DNA from: a virus
Lineage: Duplodnaviria > Caudoviricetes
Direction: 5' to 3' (one strand)
Virus record (IMG/VR): IMGVR_UViG_2881871051_000001
Coordinates: 27,638-91,637 of that record
DNA: 64,000 nucleotides
Below, one piece after another: positions 10,462 to 19,983 of this stretch. The first letter of the stretch is position 1; each line of letters begins with the position of its first letter. Position numbers and translations under genes: made by a program. The notes below the pieces were generated by a model that ran no database searches, had not been told where the DNA came from, and saw only the letters and a list, made by a program, of their open reading frames with translations.

Positions 10462-11021
10462 CTACGTACCCTAACGTTGCCCTGTGCGGTAAGATGCGGT
10501 CCGGAAAAAGCGTAGTGGCGCAGTATCTTGCGGAGAAATACGGATATGCGGAGTTTGCGTTCGGGGACGAACTGAAGCGAACGGCTCACGAAATGTTCGA
10601 TATTCCGGAAACTCCGAAGCCCCGCGAACTTTATCAGTGGTGGGGGCAGACGTTAAGACAGCGCGAGCCTGACATATGGGTGCGGAAGTGTTTTGATAGG
10701 ATATCGGATGAAGCGATGTTTCTCGACGCCTACGGAGATATTCTTCGTTCGCTAATCAGCGACATCCGCCAGCCCAACGAGTATTCCCGCTGTCGTGCGG
10801 AAGGCTACGTTATCATCCGCGTAAATGCACCGGAGGAGCTGCGCAGACAACGGGCCTTAGCGGAAGGGGATGCGTTCGATTCCGCCAGCCTTGCGCACGA
10901 GACGGAGCAACACGTCGATTTATTTGCGGTTGATTACGACGTTTACAATACCGGAACATTTGAGTCGCTTCGCGAACAAATTGACGCGATTATGGCGGCA
11001 ATAGCGCTAGAGGAAGGATAA
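10458..11021 (+). CDS. Deoxynucleoside monophosphate kinase
   Basis: GKMRSGKS P-loop, FGDELK, SDIRQPNE, HETE. Confidence 0.8.
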   Translation: MTTYPNVALCGKMRSGKSVVAQYLAEKYGYAEFAFGDELKRTAHEMFDIPETPKPRELYQWWGQTLRQREPDIWVRKCFDRISDEAMFLDAYGDILRSLISDIRQPNEYSRCRAEGYVIIRVNAPEELRRQRALAEGDAFDSASLAHETEQHVDLFAVDYDVYNTGTFESLREQIDAIMAAIALEEG

Positions 11022-11027
11022 CGCAAA

Positions 11028-11210
11028 ATGGACGTATACGAGGCGTATAAACGCGGATACGAAGCGGGGTATTTCGTAGGCTATCGCGATGGCGTGCGTA
11101 ATACTCCGCCGGATTCTCGGATGCTTACGGAGAGGTTAGCGAGTGGATGCGCAGAGATTGACGATGAGGAGGCGGAGGATGGACGCATACAGAGCGCTAT
11201 CGACGACTAA
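11028..11210 (+). CDS. Small hypothetical protein
   Basis: RBS, GYxxGY repeats. Confidence 0.55.
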   Translation: MDVYEAYKRGYEAGYFVGYRDGVRNTPPDSRMLTERLASGCAEIDDEEAEDGRIQSAIDD

Positions 11211-12309
11211 CACGCGAATAAATAAAGCGGATGTGCTGCGTTTTGAAGCGGAACATAAAACGTCCACACTCGCGGAGAAAGAGAACCGGGCGTTGACGCT
11301 GATTGACGAAGCCATTACGCAAACAGTCGAGCGGTATGGCTCCAACGCTAAAATCGTAGTGTCGTGTTCTTTCGGAGTTGATTCGGTAATAACGCTGCAC
11401 CTCGTAAAGCGCGTATGTGATATGCGCAATATACCGTTTGATGTCGTATGGAATAACACGCTAAACGAGTATCCGCAAACGCGCTTATTTGCGAAGAAGC
11501 TTACGGCTGATTGGCGGTTAAATACAATTGAAGCGTTGCCTACGACAACTATTCGGAAGATATACGACGAACACGGCGTTGATTCGCTGCTTAAGCGTAA
11601 GGGCGACCGTAGTAACGGACAGCCGGTCGTAGAGAAGTGCTGTAATGCGCTGAAACATGCGCCGATGCAGCGAGCGATTAAGGAACACGGGTGGCACTTG
11701 ATGTTTAACGGAGTTCGAGCAGGCGAGAGCCGCCAACGGTGGATGAGCGCCAGGCGAGACGGAGATTATTACTACTCTTCAGGAACGTGGAAGACGTGGG
11801 TATGTCGGCCGATCCTGTGGTGGACGGCGCTCGCGGATTCGTTCAATTACGGTAATAACCGTCAGGAGGATGTATGGGAATACGTTAGAAAACACGATAT
11901 CCCGTACAATACGATTTACGATATGAACGCGGTGATTGACGAGCGCTACGATTGTCCTACGGTAATTATCGACCGCGTAACGGCGGAGCGGCTGTCTGCG
12001 GAAGGATATAACGTTTTCATGCCGCGCACCGGTTGTCAAGCGTGCCCGATCCCGATTAAGCGCGGATACCTGCGGTACCTTCGCGAAGTGTTTCCGAAAG
12101 TATACCGCGCTATGCTGTTTCAACTTGGGTTTGCACGCGTTCTGATTGCGGAGATACCGGAGGATCAGAGAGTGGCGCTTATTGCGGAGTTATCGTCTTT
12201 CGGAGTTATTACGGAGAAAACGGAAGCTGCGATATTGGACCGGTTAGAGGACGTTATCGAATTTAAACCGTGCGTATTTGACGGAGTCGGTGTAAGCAAG
12301 CGCAAATAA
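11179..12309 (+). CDS. PAPS-reductase-family (PP-loop, Fe-S) protein
   Basis: SCSFGVDS PP-loop, CCNALK, GVRAGESRQR, RTGCQACP. Confidence 0.85.
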   Translation: MDAYRALSTTNTRINKADVLRFEAEHKTSTLAEKENRALTLIDEAITQTVERYGSNAKIVVSCSFGVDSVITLHLVKRVCDMRNIPFDVVWNNTLNEYPQTRLFAKKLTADWRLNTIEALPTTTIRKIYDEHGVDSLLKRKGDRSNGQPVVEKCCNALKHAPMQRAIKEHGWHLMFNGVRAGESRQRWMSARRDGDYYYSSGTWKTWVCRPILWWTALADSFNYGNNRQEDVWEYVRKHDIPYNTIYDMNAVIDERYDCPTVIIDRVTAERLSAEGYNVFMPRTGCQACPIPIKRGYLRYLREVFPKVYRAMLFQLGFARVLIAEIPEDQRVALIAELSSFGVITEKTEAAILDRLEDVIEFKPCVFDGVGVSKRK

Positions 12310-12313
12310 CCCG

Positions 12314-12712
12314 TCAATCCGCAGCAAACACGAGCCATCCGTCCTGCTCCGCAACAAACGAATAACGCCGGGCTTCTGCCGCAATCTGCGACTTCTCGTA
12401 AAATCTGCGCGCAGAAATATAACCGCGCTGGTCAACGTTAGCGGCCGTAGGGTCAGCGGAGTTTCGTGCAAGCCTAATCGCAATCGCACGCTCGTCTGCG
12501 GTATATCCGAGTTCTACGCGATTACCGGCGTCTAAGCGGTACATGCGTATGATATCGGCGGATAAGCGGAGGCGGCGTTGGGCGTCCGTCGCGACGTATA
12601 GGCGGACTAGCGGGATTGATACGATGTTATAGCGTTTCTCTGCGGATGGCTGCGGATTGGTAGCGGGCTGTTCCGGCGTGATAGCGGATTGTTGCGGATC
12701 TTTTCTTGGCAT
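12314..12712 (-). CDS. Antisense gene, possible AbrB-like beta-strand DNA-binding protein
   Basis: RBS GGAGGT and own sigmaA promoter; TDAQRRLRLSADI resembles AbrB. Confidence 0.7.
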   Translation of the reverse strand: MPRKDPQQSAITPEQPATNPQPSAEKRYNIVSIPLVRLYVATDAQRRLRLSADIIRMYRLDAGNRVELGYTADERAIAIRLARNSADPTAANVDQRGYISARRFYEKSQIAAEARRYSFVAEQDGWLVFAAD

Positions 12713-12749
12713 AGCGAGTACCTCCGTACAAGTGACGATTATTAACGTA

Positions 12750-12778
12750 ATTATAACCGGAAATATACGGAAATGCAA
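12750..12778 (-). promoter_or_regulatory. sigmaA promoter
   Basis: TTGCAT-N17-TATAAT on minus strand. Confidence 0.7.
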
Positions 12779-12796
12779 ACGTAAAGGAGTGAGCGG

Positions 12797-14422
12797 ATGA
12801 TAGCGAACCATAATCCGCAACCATTAAGCGCAGCGGTAGCGCAGAAGATGGTTGACGGTGGCTATGCGGAGTATATCCGCAAGCATCCTATTGCGCGAAT
12901 GAGCGAACCTTCCCCCGCAGTATTGACGCAATGGGCGAAGGGCGCTCCGAATGGACTCGTAGATATTAGTGAAAAGGCGGCGGTTATTACGGAAAATCAC
13001 GTTGGGTACGATCTGCGTAATGATGAGCGTCCCTTTGCGCACAAGATTCCGCCCGGTGGTAATTGGCGCGATCTATCGGAAATTGAACAAGCGCAGTTTA
13101 TGGGCGGAGCATTACGGAGTGGCGGCGGTAAAGTCGGATATCTACGTAGAGAGCGCTGGGACGACGCTTCTCACACAGTACTAGCTGCGCCAATGGCGAA
13201 GGCTACTTGTCAACTTCACCCTGGACAATTGGACGAAAAGGAGACGATTACACTGCGCAATTATAACGTAACGCCTGCGCTTCCCTCGAACGGGTTAACG
13301 GTGGTCGAGTTGTTTTGTGGCGGCGGATTAATGGGCGTAGGACTGGCGGCGGCTGGTTACGATATCATATTCGCGAACGACTTCGATAAGAACGCGGTAA
13401 AGGCATACGCACACAACCTCGGCAATCACGTCATTTGCGGAGATATTACGTCCGATGACGTACAGCAGCACATTCCTGACGCTGACATTATCGCAGGCGG
13501 TCCGCCGTGTCAGGATTACTCCGTTGCTGGTACGGGAGCTGGCGAAGATGGTGAGAGAGGCCGCTTGGTATGGACGTACCTTAACGTAATCGAGCGCAAG
13601 CAGCCGAAAGCTTTCGTATTCGAGAACGTTAAGGGGTTGATTGCGAAGAAGCACCGCGCAACATTTGACGCATTGTTAGCGGAGTTTGAACGCATAGGCT
13701 ACGCCGTGTCCTGGCGGCTGATTAACGCATGGGATTACGGAGTGGCGCAGAAAAGGGAGCGCGTGTTTATCGTAGGCATCCGCAAGGATCTCGGATTTAC
13801 ATTTGCGTTCCCTGAACCGGATGCGAGCGGGTATCGGACGCAGGTGCTGCGGGATGTTATCGGAGATTTACCGGAGCCGAATAGCGGAGTCAATGCGCAT
13901 ATTCAGACGCAGGCAACTACGGTTAAGCCGGAGCATTCGCTATCGAATCAACGCGGTTATGTGGCGAACTGGGATGCGCCAGGTAAGACGGTTTGTACAA
14001 ATCGGTTAGACCATGCGGAGATTCATCCGGGACCAGATAACCACGATCGAGCATCCTTAACCGAGGGCGCTATACGAGGGGCCCAACGAAGACAGGCGCA
14101 AGGCAATTTCCAGTCTGCACTCCGTACATCGAAGTGGGAGGAGCCCGCTTACACTATTACGACACAACTTGCGAAAGACCCTACCACATACGTACCGCCT
14201 ACTCCGCAGCCCCGTCGCTTCACCGTCCGCGAATGCCTGCGTATTCAATCCGTTCCCGATTCGTACGTATTTCCGGACACAATAAGCCTTTCCGCGCAAT
14301 ACCGTATTGTCGGAAACGGCGTCGCATCGCGCGTCGCTTACTTAATCGGTTCGGCGTTAGCGGAACAACTTAACGCAGCATTAGCGAAAAATAACGCAGA
14401 GGAGGCGGTGTCCTTTGGGTAA
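12797..14422 (+). CDS. C5-cytosine DNA methyltransferase, probably multispecific
   Basis: LFCGGG, GGPPCQ, ENV, QKRERVF, RECLRIQ, GNGV motifs; three TRD-like units. Confidence 0.92.
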   Translation: MIANHNPQPLSAAVAQKMVDGGYAEYIRKHPIARMSEPSPAVLTQWAKGAPNGLVDISEKAAVITENHVGYDLRNDERPFAHKIPPGGNWRDLSEIEQAQFMGGALRSGGGKVGYLRRERWDDASHTVLAAPMAKATCQLHPGQLDEKETITLRNYNVTPALPSNGLTVVELFCGGGLMGVGLAAAGYDIIFANDFDKNAVKAYAHNLGNHVICGDITSDDVQQHIPDADIIAGGPPCQDYSVAGTGAGEDGERGRLVWTYLNVIERKQPKAFVFENVKGLIAKKHRATFDALLAEFERIGYAVSWRLINAWDYGVAQKRERVFIVGIRKDLGFTFAFPEPDASGYRTQVLRDVIGDLPEPNSGVNAHIQTQATTVKPEHSLSNQRGYVANWDAPGKTVCTNRLDHAEIHPGPDNHDRASLTEGAIRGAQRRQAQGNFQSALRTSKWEEPAYTITTQLAKDPTTYVPPTPQPRRFTVRECLRIQSVPDSYVFPDTISLSAQYRIVGNGVASRVAYLIGSALAEQLNAALAKNNAEEAVSFG

Positions 14423-15623
14423 GGCGGAGAGGTCCCGTTGGGACGGAAATGTCCGCTCGATGGCGATTATTGCGAAGCCTGACGCGGAGATCACAGCGGA
14501 GGACTTAGCGTTCCTTCGCGATAACTATACGTCAACGGGAGGTTTACTTCCAAACGCATACGCTGGCGGCGCGTTCTATACGCCAACACATGTAGCGCGC
14601 TTTATCGTCGAGGCGTTGCGCGGACTATGTGGCGGAGAATTTCCGCCAGGTTCCCGCTGGTTAGAGCCGAGCTGCGGAAGTGGCGTATTCCTCGAACATA
14701 TTCCGGAGTCGTCCGAAGTAACTGCGGAGGTAACGGCACTCGAACTCGATCCGACGTCAGCCCGCGTATCCGCGCTATTGTATCCGCAGGTTAACGTAAT
14801 CAACTGCGATGCCTTAACGCATGACCGACGCGACTATTACGATTTCGTTATCGGTAATCCACCGTATGGCGTGAGCATCAACGTTGAGGCTGCGCAAGTA
14901 CCGGACGATTACGTTACCCTAACGAAAAAGTCCGGTAAACTCAGCGGAAAGTCCGAGTCGGCTTTCATTGAGTTGGCGATTAAGGCTGCGAAACCAGGCG
15001 GGTACATTGCGTTTGTGCTTCCGAAGGGGATCGGATATAACGGGCAAATGGCTAAGATTCGCGAACTCATGCGGGAAACGTGCTGGCACATCGCGAGTAT
15101 CGAGTTGCCTTCGGAAACATTTGCGCTGACCGGTACGACGATTAAGACGGACATACACATTTTGCGGAAGATAACGCCAAACGCGCGGAAAGTTTACGTT
15201 AAATACGTGGATGTAGCTGGCGCTTACCATCGCGTAGAGCAGACGGAGGAAAGCGCAGCCGATACGTTTTGGTACGAGGGGCAGATGCCCGTGTTGCAAG
15301 CGCAGATTAACGATATCGGCTACGACAAGGACGGTAAATTGACGGACAAGTGGGGCGATGGCTTAACGCAGCTTGATGAGTTGACGGAAGCGTTCGAGAA
15401 CACGCTGATGCGTGAAAATACAAACCCAATTACACCCGGTCTGTCCGGACTTGTTCACGCGTTTAACGTGAGGATTCCGCCTTACGAAGCCTGGCGCGCT
15501 AAAAACGGGTATATGGCGTACTGGAGCGTTCTGACACTTGGCCGCGGCGAGGAGTTTAACGGAGAATCATCGTTCGATTTCGGATGGCAGGACCGCATTG
15601 TCGCGGAGTATTACGCAAGATAA
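14415..15623 (+). CDS. N6-adenine DNA methyltransferase (gamma class)
   Basis: FYTP, EPSCGSG, NPPY. Confidence 0.88.
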   Translation: MGKAERSRWDGNVRSMAIIAKPDAEITAEDLAFLRDNYTSTGGLLPNAYAGGAFYTPTHVARFIVEALRGLCGGEFPPGSRWLEPSCGSGVFLEHIPESSEVTAEVTALELDPTSARVSALLYPQVNVINCDALTHDRRDYYDFVIGNPPYGVSINVEAAQVPDDYVTLTKKSGKLSGKSESAFIELAIKAAKPGGYIAFVLPKGIGYNGQMAKIRELMRETCWHIASIELPSETFALTGTTIKTDIHILRKITPNARKVYVKYVDVAGAYHRVEQTEESAADTFWYEGQMPVLQAQINDIGYDKDGKLTDKWGDGLTQLDELTEAFENTLMRENTNPITPGLSGLVHAFNVRIPPYEAWRAKNGYMAYWSVLTLGRGEEFNGESSFDFGWQDRIVAEYYAR

Positions 15624-15640
15624 CGAAGAGGAGGCGCAAT

Positions 15641-16054
15641 ATGGGCGCAGTTAAGATCGATATTGAAAAGGACGAGCGCAATCTCAGCGTCAAATACGCG
15701 CTTAACGATAAGAGAGGCGTTCGCCTCCTGCTACGCGACCGGTATCATATCGCGAATAGGCGGTTCCTCGGCGATCTGGCAGCGGCGGATATTCTCATCG
15801 ATTTAAACAGCGCAATCGAATCCGCAGGGTTAACGGAGCGGCAAGCGGAAGCGCTCGGATACGTCTACGGATATTGGCAGCTTACGCAGGAAGAAGCGGC
15901 GCAAACGATGGGAATCCGTCAGAATACGGTTAGCGAGCTGTTGGATATCGCGTGCGAGCGGATTGCTGGCGTGTTTGAGCGGTGGAACTACGGAGAAATA
16001 AACGTCGTAGCGGCGCAGCCGAACGAAACTACTGCCGAAGGAGAGAACGACTAA
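15641..16054 (+). CDS. Sigma region-4-like HTH regulator
   Basis: LTERQ...LTQEEAAQTMGIRQNTVS. Confidence 0.75.
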   Translation: MGAVKIDIEKDERNLSVKYALNDKRGVRLLLRDRYHIANRRFLGDLAAADILIDLNSAIESAGLTERQAEALGYVYGYWQLTQEEAAQTMGIRQNTVSELLDIACERIAGVFERWNYGEINVVAAQPNETTAEGEND

Positions 16055-16055
16055 T

Positions 16056-16799
16056 ATGACGGATAAAACGTTGCTTGGCGGCATTGAGTTAAATCGGATA
16101 TACCAGCGCGACGTGCTGGAGTTGTCGCGTGCACTTCCGGGTGGGTGTGTAGATCTAGTCGTTACCGATCCGCCGTATTTGATGAATTATCGGAGCAATC
16201 GACGCGTAGCTACGGAAAAGTTTCGACACATTGAAAACGACCAAGATTCCCGCGGATTGATTTCGGAATACCTGGCGGAATGCTACCGGCTTATGAAGGA
16301 TAACACAGCGATCTACGTCTTCTGTAGTTGGCATCACATAGACTTCTTCAAGCAGGAGTTTGAGAAGCACTTTAAACTGAAGAATCTTATCGTGTGGAAT
16401 AAGAATGTGCACGGTACGGGCGACCTGACAGGATCTTACGGGCCGAAGCATGAACTTGTTCTGTTTGGACACAAAGGACGGTCGTTGCTACGCGAAAAGC
16501 GCGTTCCTGACGTTATCGACTGCGCGAAGATATCCGGATCAAAGCTGACGCACCCTACCGAAAAGCCGACGGAATTGCTACGCCTCTTTATCCGGAATTC
16601 TAGCGATCATGGAGCGGTAGTTTACGACGGATTCGCCGGAACTGGCTCGGTATGCGAATCAGCGGCGGTAGAAGGGCGGTCGTTTATCGCATCGGAAATC
16701 GATCGCGAGTACGTAGAAATCGCAAATATGCGCCTTGATTCGTTACAGTTACCGCAGCCTACCGATACCACATCCGAAGGAGAATCCGCTAATGTCTAA
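16056..16799 (+). CDS. N4/N6 DNA methyltransferase (beta class)
   Basis: TDPPY, HPTEKP, DGFAGTGS. Confidence 0.9.
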   Translation: MTDKTLLGGIELNRIYQRDVLELSRALPGGCVDLVVTDPPYLMNYRSNRRVATEKFRHIENDQDSRGLISEYLAECYRLMKDNTAIYVFCSWHHIDFFKQEFEKHFKLKNLIVWNKNVHGTGDLTGSYGPKHELVLFGHKGRSLLREKRVPDVIDCAKISGSKLTHPTEKPTELLRLFIRNSSDHGAVVYDGFAGTGSVCESAAVEGRSFIASEIDREYVEIANMRLDSLQLPQPTDTTSEGESANV

Positions 16800-17469
16800 C
16801 TATCACGAAAAATACGCGCAAATTACCGTAGAGTTACGCAAACGCCTGAAGCTGCGCAAACACGGCGGAATCGTACCGTTCATCTACCGAGGGATCGCTA
16901 ATCGCGATACAGGTTACGAATACGATATCGCTGACCGAGCGGAACGTATCCGCTTAATTGACGCTATTACTGCGGATTATATGCGGGAGCATTCCGAATA
17001 CGTTGCGGCCGGATTAGCGAAGTGGGAACGCGATGGATACCGGGGCCAGAGGCCAAAGACGCAGCCGGTTAATAGCGCAATCCTCGAATCGTTGGCGGAT
17101 GCGATATTGGACGAGGAGCTGACGGATATGAACGAGCATAAAGTGTCGCAGACGGAATATCCGTTCTTATCCGCTACTCAACTAGAGGAGCGCCGTAACC
17201 GGGAATTTCCGCTGAAGATTGCGGAGGAAGTCGGAACAGACGGCGCAGATTACCGCATTCCGACGCGGAAAAAACGTCCGAAGCGCGATATCAAATTCCG
17301 CGACCGTGACGCGCACAAGCGAAACCGCGAACGGTCAGCGCAGTATAAGCGGGACACATCACCGGGACCGATTACGCCACGCGTTACGGAGGCGTTCGTA
17401 CAATGCCGCGGGATAAGCGACGCGTGGCGCAGGTATATTGCGCAAGAGACAGAAATCTGCGAGGTGTGA
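16792..17469 (+). CDS. Conserved hypothetical phage protein
   Basis: RBS AAGGAG; long ORF. Confidence 0.7.
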   Translation: MSNYHEKYAQITVELRKRLKLRKHGGIVPFIYRGIANRDTGYEYDIADRAERIRLIDAITADYMREHSEYVAAGLAKWERDGYRGQRPKTQPVNSAILESLADAILDEELTDMNEHKVSQTEYPFLSATQLEERRNREFPLKIAEEVGTDGADYRIPTRKKRPKRDIKFRDRDAHKRNRERSAQYKRDTSPGPITPRVTEAFVQCRGISDAWRRYIAQETEICEV

Positions 17470-17506
17470 CCGATATTTTACGCCGTTTGAAGGACATATA
17501 TTATGA
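17469..17506 (+). promoter_or_regulatory. Putative phage-specific promoter, copy 1
   Basis: ACCGATATT-N23-TTATGA, also at 18930. Confidence 0.45.
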
Positions 17507-17574
17507 GGGGACGCTATCCAACCGGATACGCGTTCTTTTTGTGTTTTCTAAGATAACCGGGAGGGGACCGTAGA

Positions 17575-18432
17575 TTGAACGAGAACAGACGTTTATACAC
17601 CGCTGAGCATATCGCATTTACCGGAACAGGAACGGCATTCGATCCGGAAACAGGAGAGGCGTTGATTTACGCACCAGCAGCAACGCACAAAGTCGTTAAT
17701 CTAGCGCAGTCGGAAGCGTTTAAGGAGCGCCAGCAAACGATAAAGGCCGGACGAAGCGTAGAGTTTACGATTACGAACATGAACAATATCGACGAGGTAA
17801 TTGAGCGTGTATCTGATAAGCACTGCGGATATTTGCTATATCTACAATGCTTCGTTAACTACGATACGACGCTATCTAATCCGAACAAAACCGCAATGAG
17901 CAAGGAGGACATCAGGCGGACACTTGGCGTAAGCAAGCCGACTGTGAACTCATTCTTAGCGGATATGATCGACAACGCGATAATCTTCGAGGATTCCGGA
18001 AGTTATCGCCTCAATCCGCGTTACCACTTCCAAGGTAAAACGAGTAATACCGCAATCGTGCGTACATTCGTCGCTAAGGTAAAGGAGTTATACTCGGAAG
18101 TTTCCGCGAAGGATCTCGGATTCGTCTACAAGCTGCTTCAGCACATTCACCTGGAGACGAATACGATATGCGCCAATCCGTACGAACGCGACGTCGAAAA
18201 TACCGTTCCGCTGACGAAGGAGGATATCGCTAGGATAACGGGAGTTGACGAAAAGACTGTGTACCGGAAGTTGCGTAAGTTAAAATTCGGAGACCAGTAC
18301 GTATTTGCGGAGGTTGTGTACGGGCGATCGCGCTATTACAAGATTAATCCGTTCGTATTCTACCGGAAGCCTGGCGTACCTGACGCAACCTTGCGCGAAA
18401 TGTTCTCCATCCGGAATAATTATCGCGGATGA
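17575..18432 (+). CDS. RepL-like tandem winged-helix protein
   Basis: Two HTH units ending YRLNPRY and YKINPFV. Confidence 0.65.
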   Translation: MNENRRLYTAEHIAFTGTGTAFDPETGEALIYAPAATHKVVNLAQSEAFKERQQTIKAGRSVEFTITNMNNIDEVIERVSDKHCGYLLYLQCFVNYDTTLSNPNKTAMSKEDIRRTLGVSKPTVNSFLADMIDNAIIFEDSGSYRLNPRYHFQGKTSNTAIVRTFVAKVKELYSEVSAKDLGFVYKLLQHIHLETNTICANPYERDVENTVPLTKEDIARITGVDEKTVYRKLRKLKFGDQYVFAEVVYGRSRYYKINPFVFYRKPGVPDATLREMFSIRNNYRG

Positions 18433-18484
18433 CATCGGGCATTTTCTTTACGAATACGGCCTGACATCGGGCATTTTCTTTACG
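18430..18484 (+). repeat. 23-bp direct repeat x2 (TGACATCGGGCATTTTCTTTACG)
   Basis: Exact copies at 18430 and 18462. Confidence 0.9.
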
Positions 18485-18929
18485 CTAAAAAACGCCGGAA
18501 TCCCGCGCGGCACTAAGGCTGGCGGGAATTAGGGGCCGAAATTATTTCTTAGTCTTCTTCCGCTGACAATTGCGTAGGATAACGTCAACGTTACGCATAA
18601 TATATCGCGTTGCTATTACGCCAGGATTCCGTATACACGAGCGGAGTTCTGGCGTTATTGTTTCGGCATAATCTGCGCAGGAGAGCGGAGGTAAGAGCGA
18701 AGAGATTAGCGTATCCGAGGCCGGGGGAAGAACCGTCCTCAAATCCGCAACGAATAAATATTATTGAACATTCTGATACGTCACGGTATTTGACGTAGCA
18801 GACCAAGGGAACGCTAGTGACCGCGGCAGGCACCTATCCTTTATGATCGCGCTGATTCGTACCGAATCCTCGGGATCTAACGCTATATACCGCTATATAA
18901 CGATTCATTGCGTACAGTTAGCGCACATT

Positions 18930-18967
18930 ACCGATATTACGCGCTGTTTCGTGTCTATACGTTATGA
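18930..18967 (+). promoter_or_regulatory. Putative phage-specific promoter, copy 2
   Basis: ACCGATATT-N23-TTATGA. Confidence 0.45.
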
Positions 18968-19694
18968 AGGGTTACGTTAGATTACGCATGTAACCGTGCT
19001 ATACACGGATCATAACGTCGTGTATACGTTTGTATACGTAACCTTCCGTATTATAGCGTAAATGTATAACGGAATGGCTGCGTTATAGCAACGTTAAATA
19101 AGCTACATATAATGAAGCGGAATTATAGCGTATGGATTGCGATAGGGCAACGTTAGATACAGCGCTCGTGGTTACGGTGGATTACGGAGGGAAGCGTAGG
19201 TTAGCGTTATGACTGCGTATAGTCCGGATATGTGCGAGTGGTAGCGCAGATACAGCGGATCGTAGCGTATTGATTACGTATGTGTCCGATTACGAGCGAT
19301 GCTATGGCGTTTGTGTGCGCTCAATAGCGCTGTTACATCCGAATACTGCCGTATTACATCCGACGCTAATAGCGTTTCATCCGCAGAGGCGCTCGGACCG
19401 GGCGATAGCGTCAAACTCACGGGGTTATGCGTAAATACTCCGATTAGATAGCGGATTTGTCCGTATGTGGCGGACATTTGCGGGGATTGGCGTAGTGGTT
19501 GCGGATGAGGATGCGGAAAAATGGCGTAGTGGCGCGGTTTTATAGCGTAGGGACATCCGTATAAAAGCGGACTTTTGTACATATGCCAGCACGTTAATGC
19601 GTTAAAGCGCGGACCCCCAGGCGGGGTAGCGTTGGGCTGCGCATTTGCTGTCCGGAATTAGCGCGCAATTTTTCTATCTCGGGAGGTAGCGGAA

Positions 19695-19829
19695 ATGTGC
19701 GGTTTGTGCCGCTGGTTTAAGCGGTATTTGGCGGAGAATCCGGAAGAGGAATCAGCGTTCTATTCGTTCGGAATCGGATGTCCTCTCATATTGGCGGTAA
19801 TGTGGATTGCCCTACGGATTAGCACGTAA
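19695..19829 (+). CDS. 44-aa membrane microprotein
   Basis: RBS GGGAGGT; MCGLCRWFKRYL...PLILAVMWIALRIST. Confidence 0.5.
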   Translation: MCGLCRWFKRYLAENPEEESAFYSFGIGCPLILAVMWIALRIST

Positions 19830-19983
19830 TTTCACCGTGAAATTAACAACGCCGTTTTGGCGTGTGAAATACGCTGTATTTCCGTCTCTACACCGCGGGA
19901 GTATAAAACTATTCCCAACGCTGTACAATCGCTAATTTCACGCAATTTACACGTAATTATCACGTTAGAAAGGAGGCGTTAGT

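Noticed and set aside
18430-18484. Possible CRISPR mini-array
   Set aside because: Only two copies with a 9-bp spacer and no cas genes
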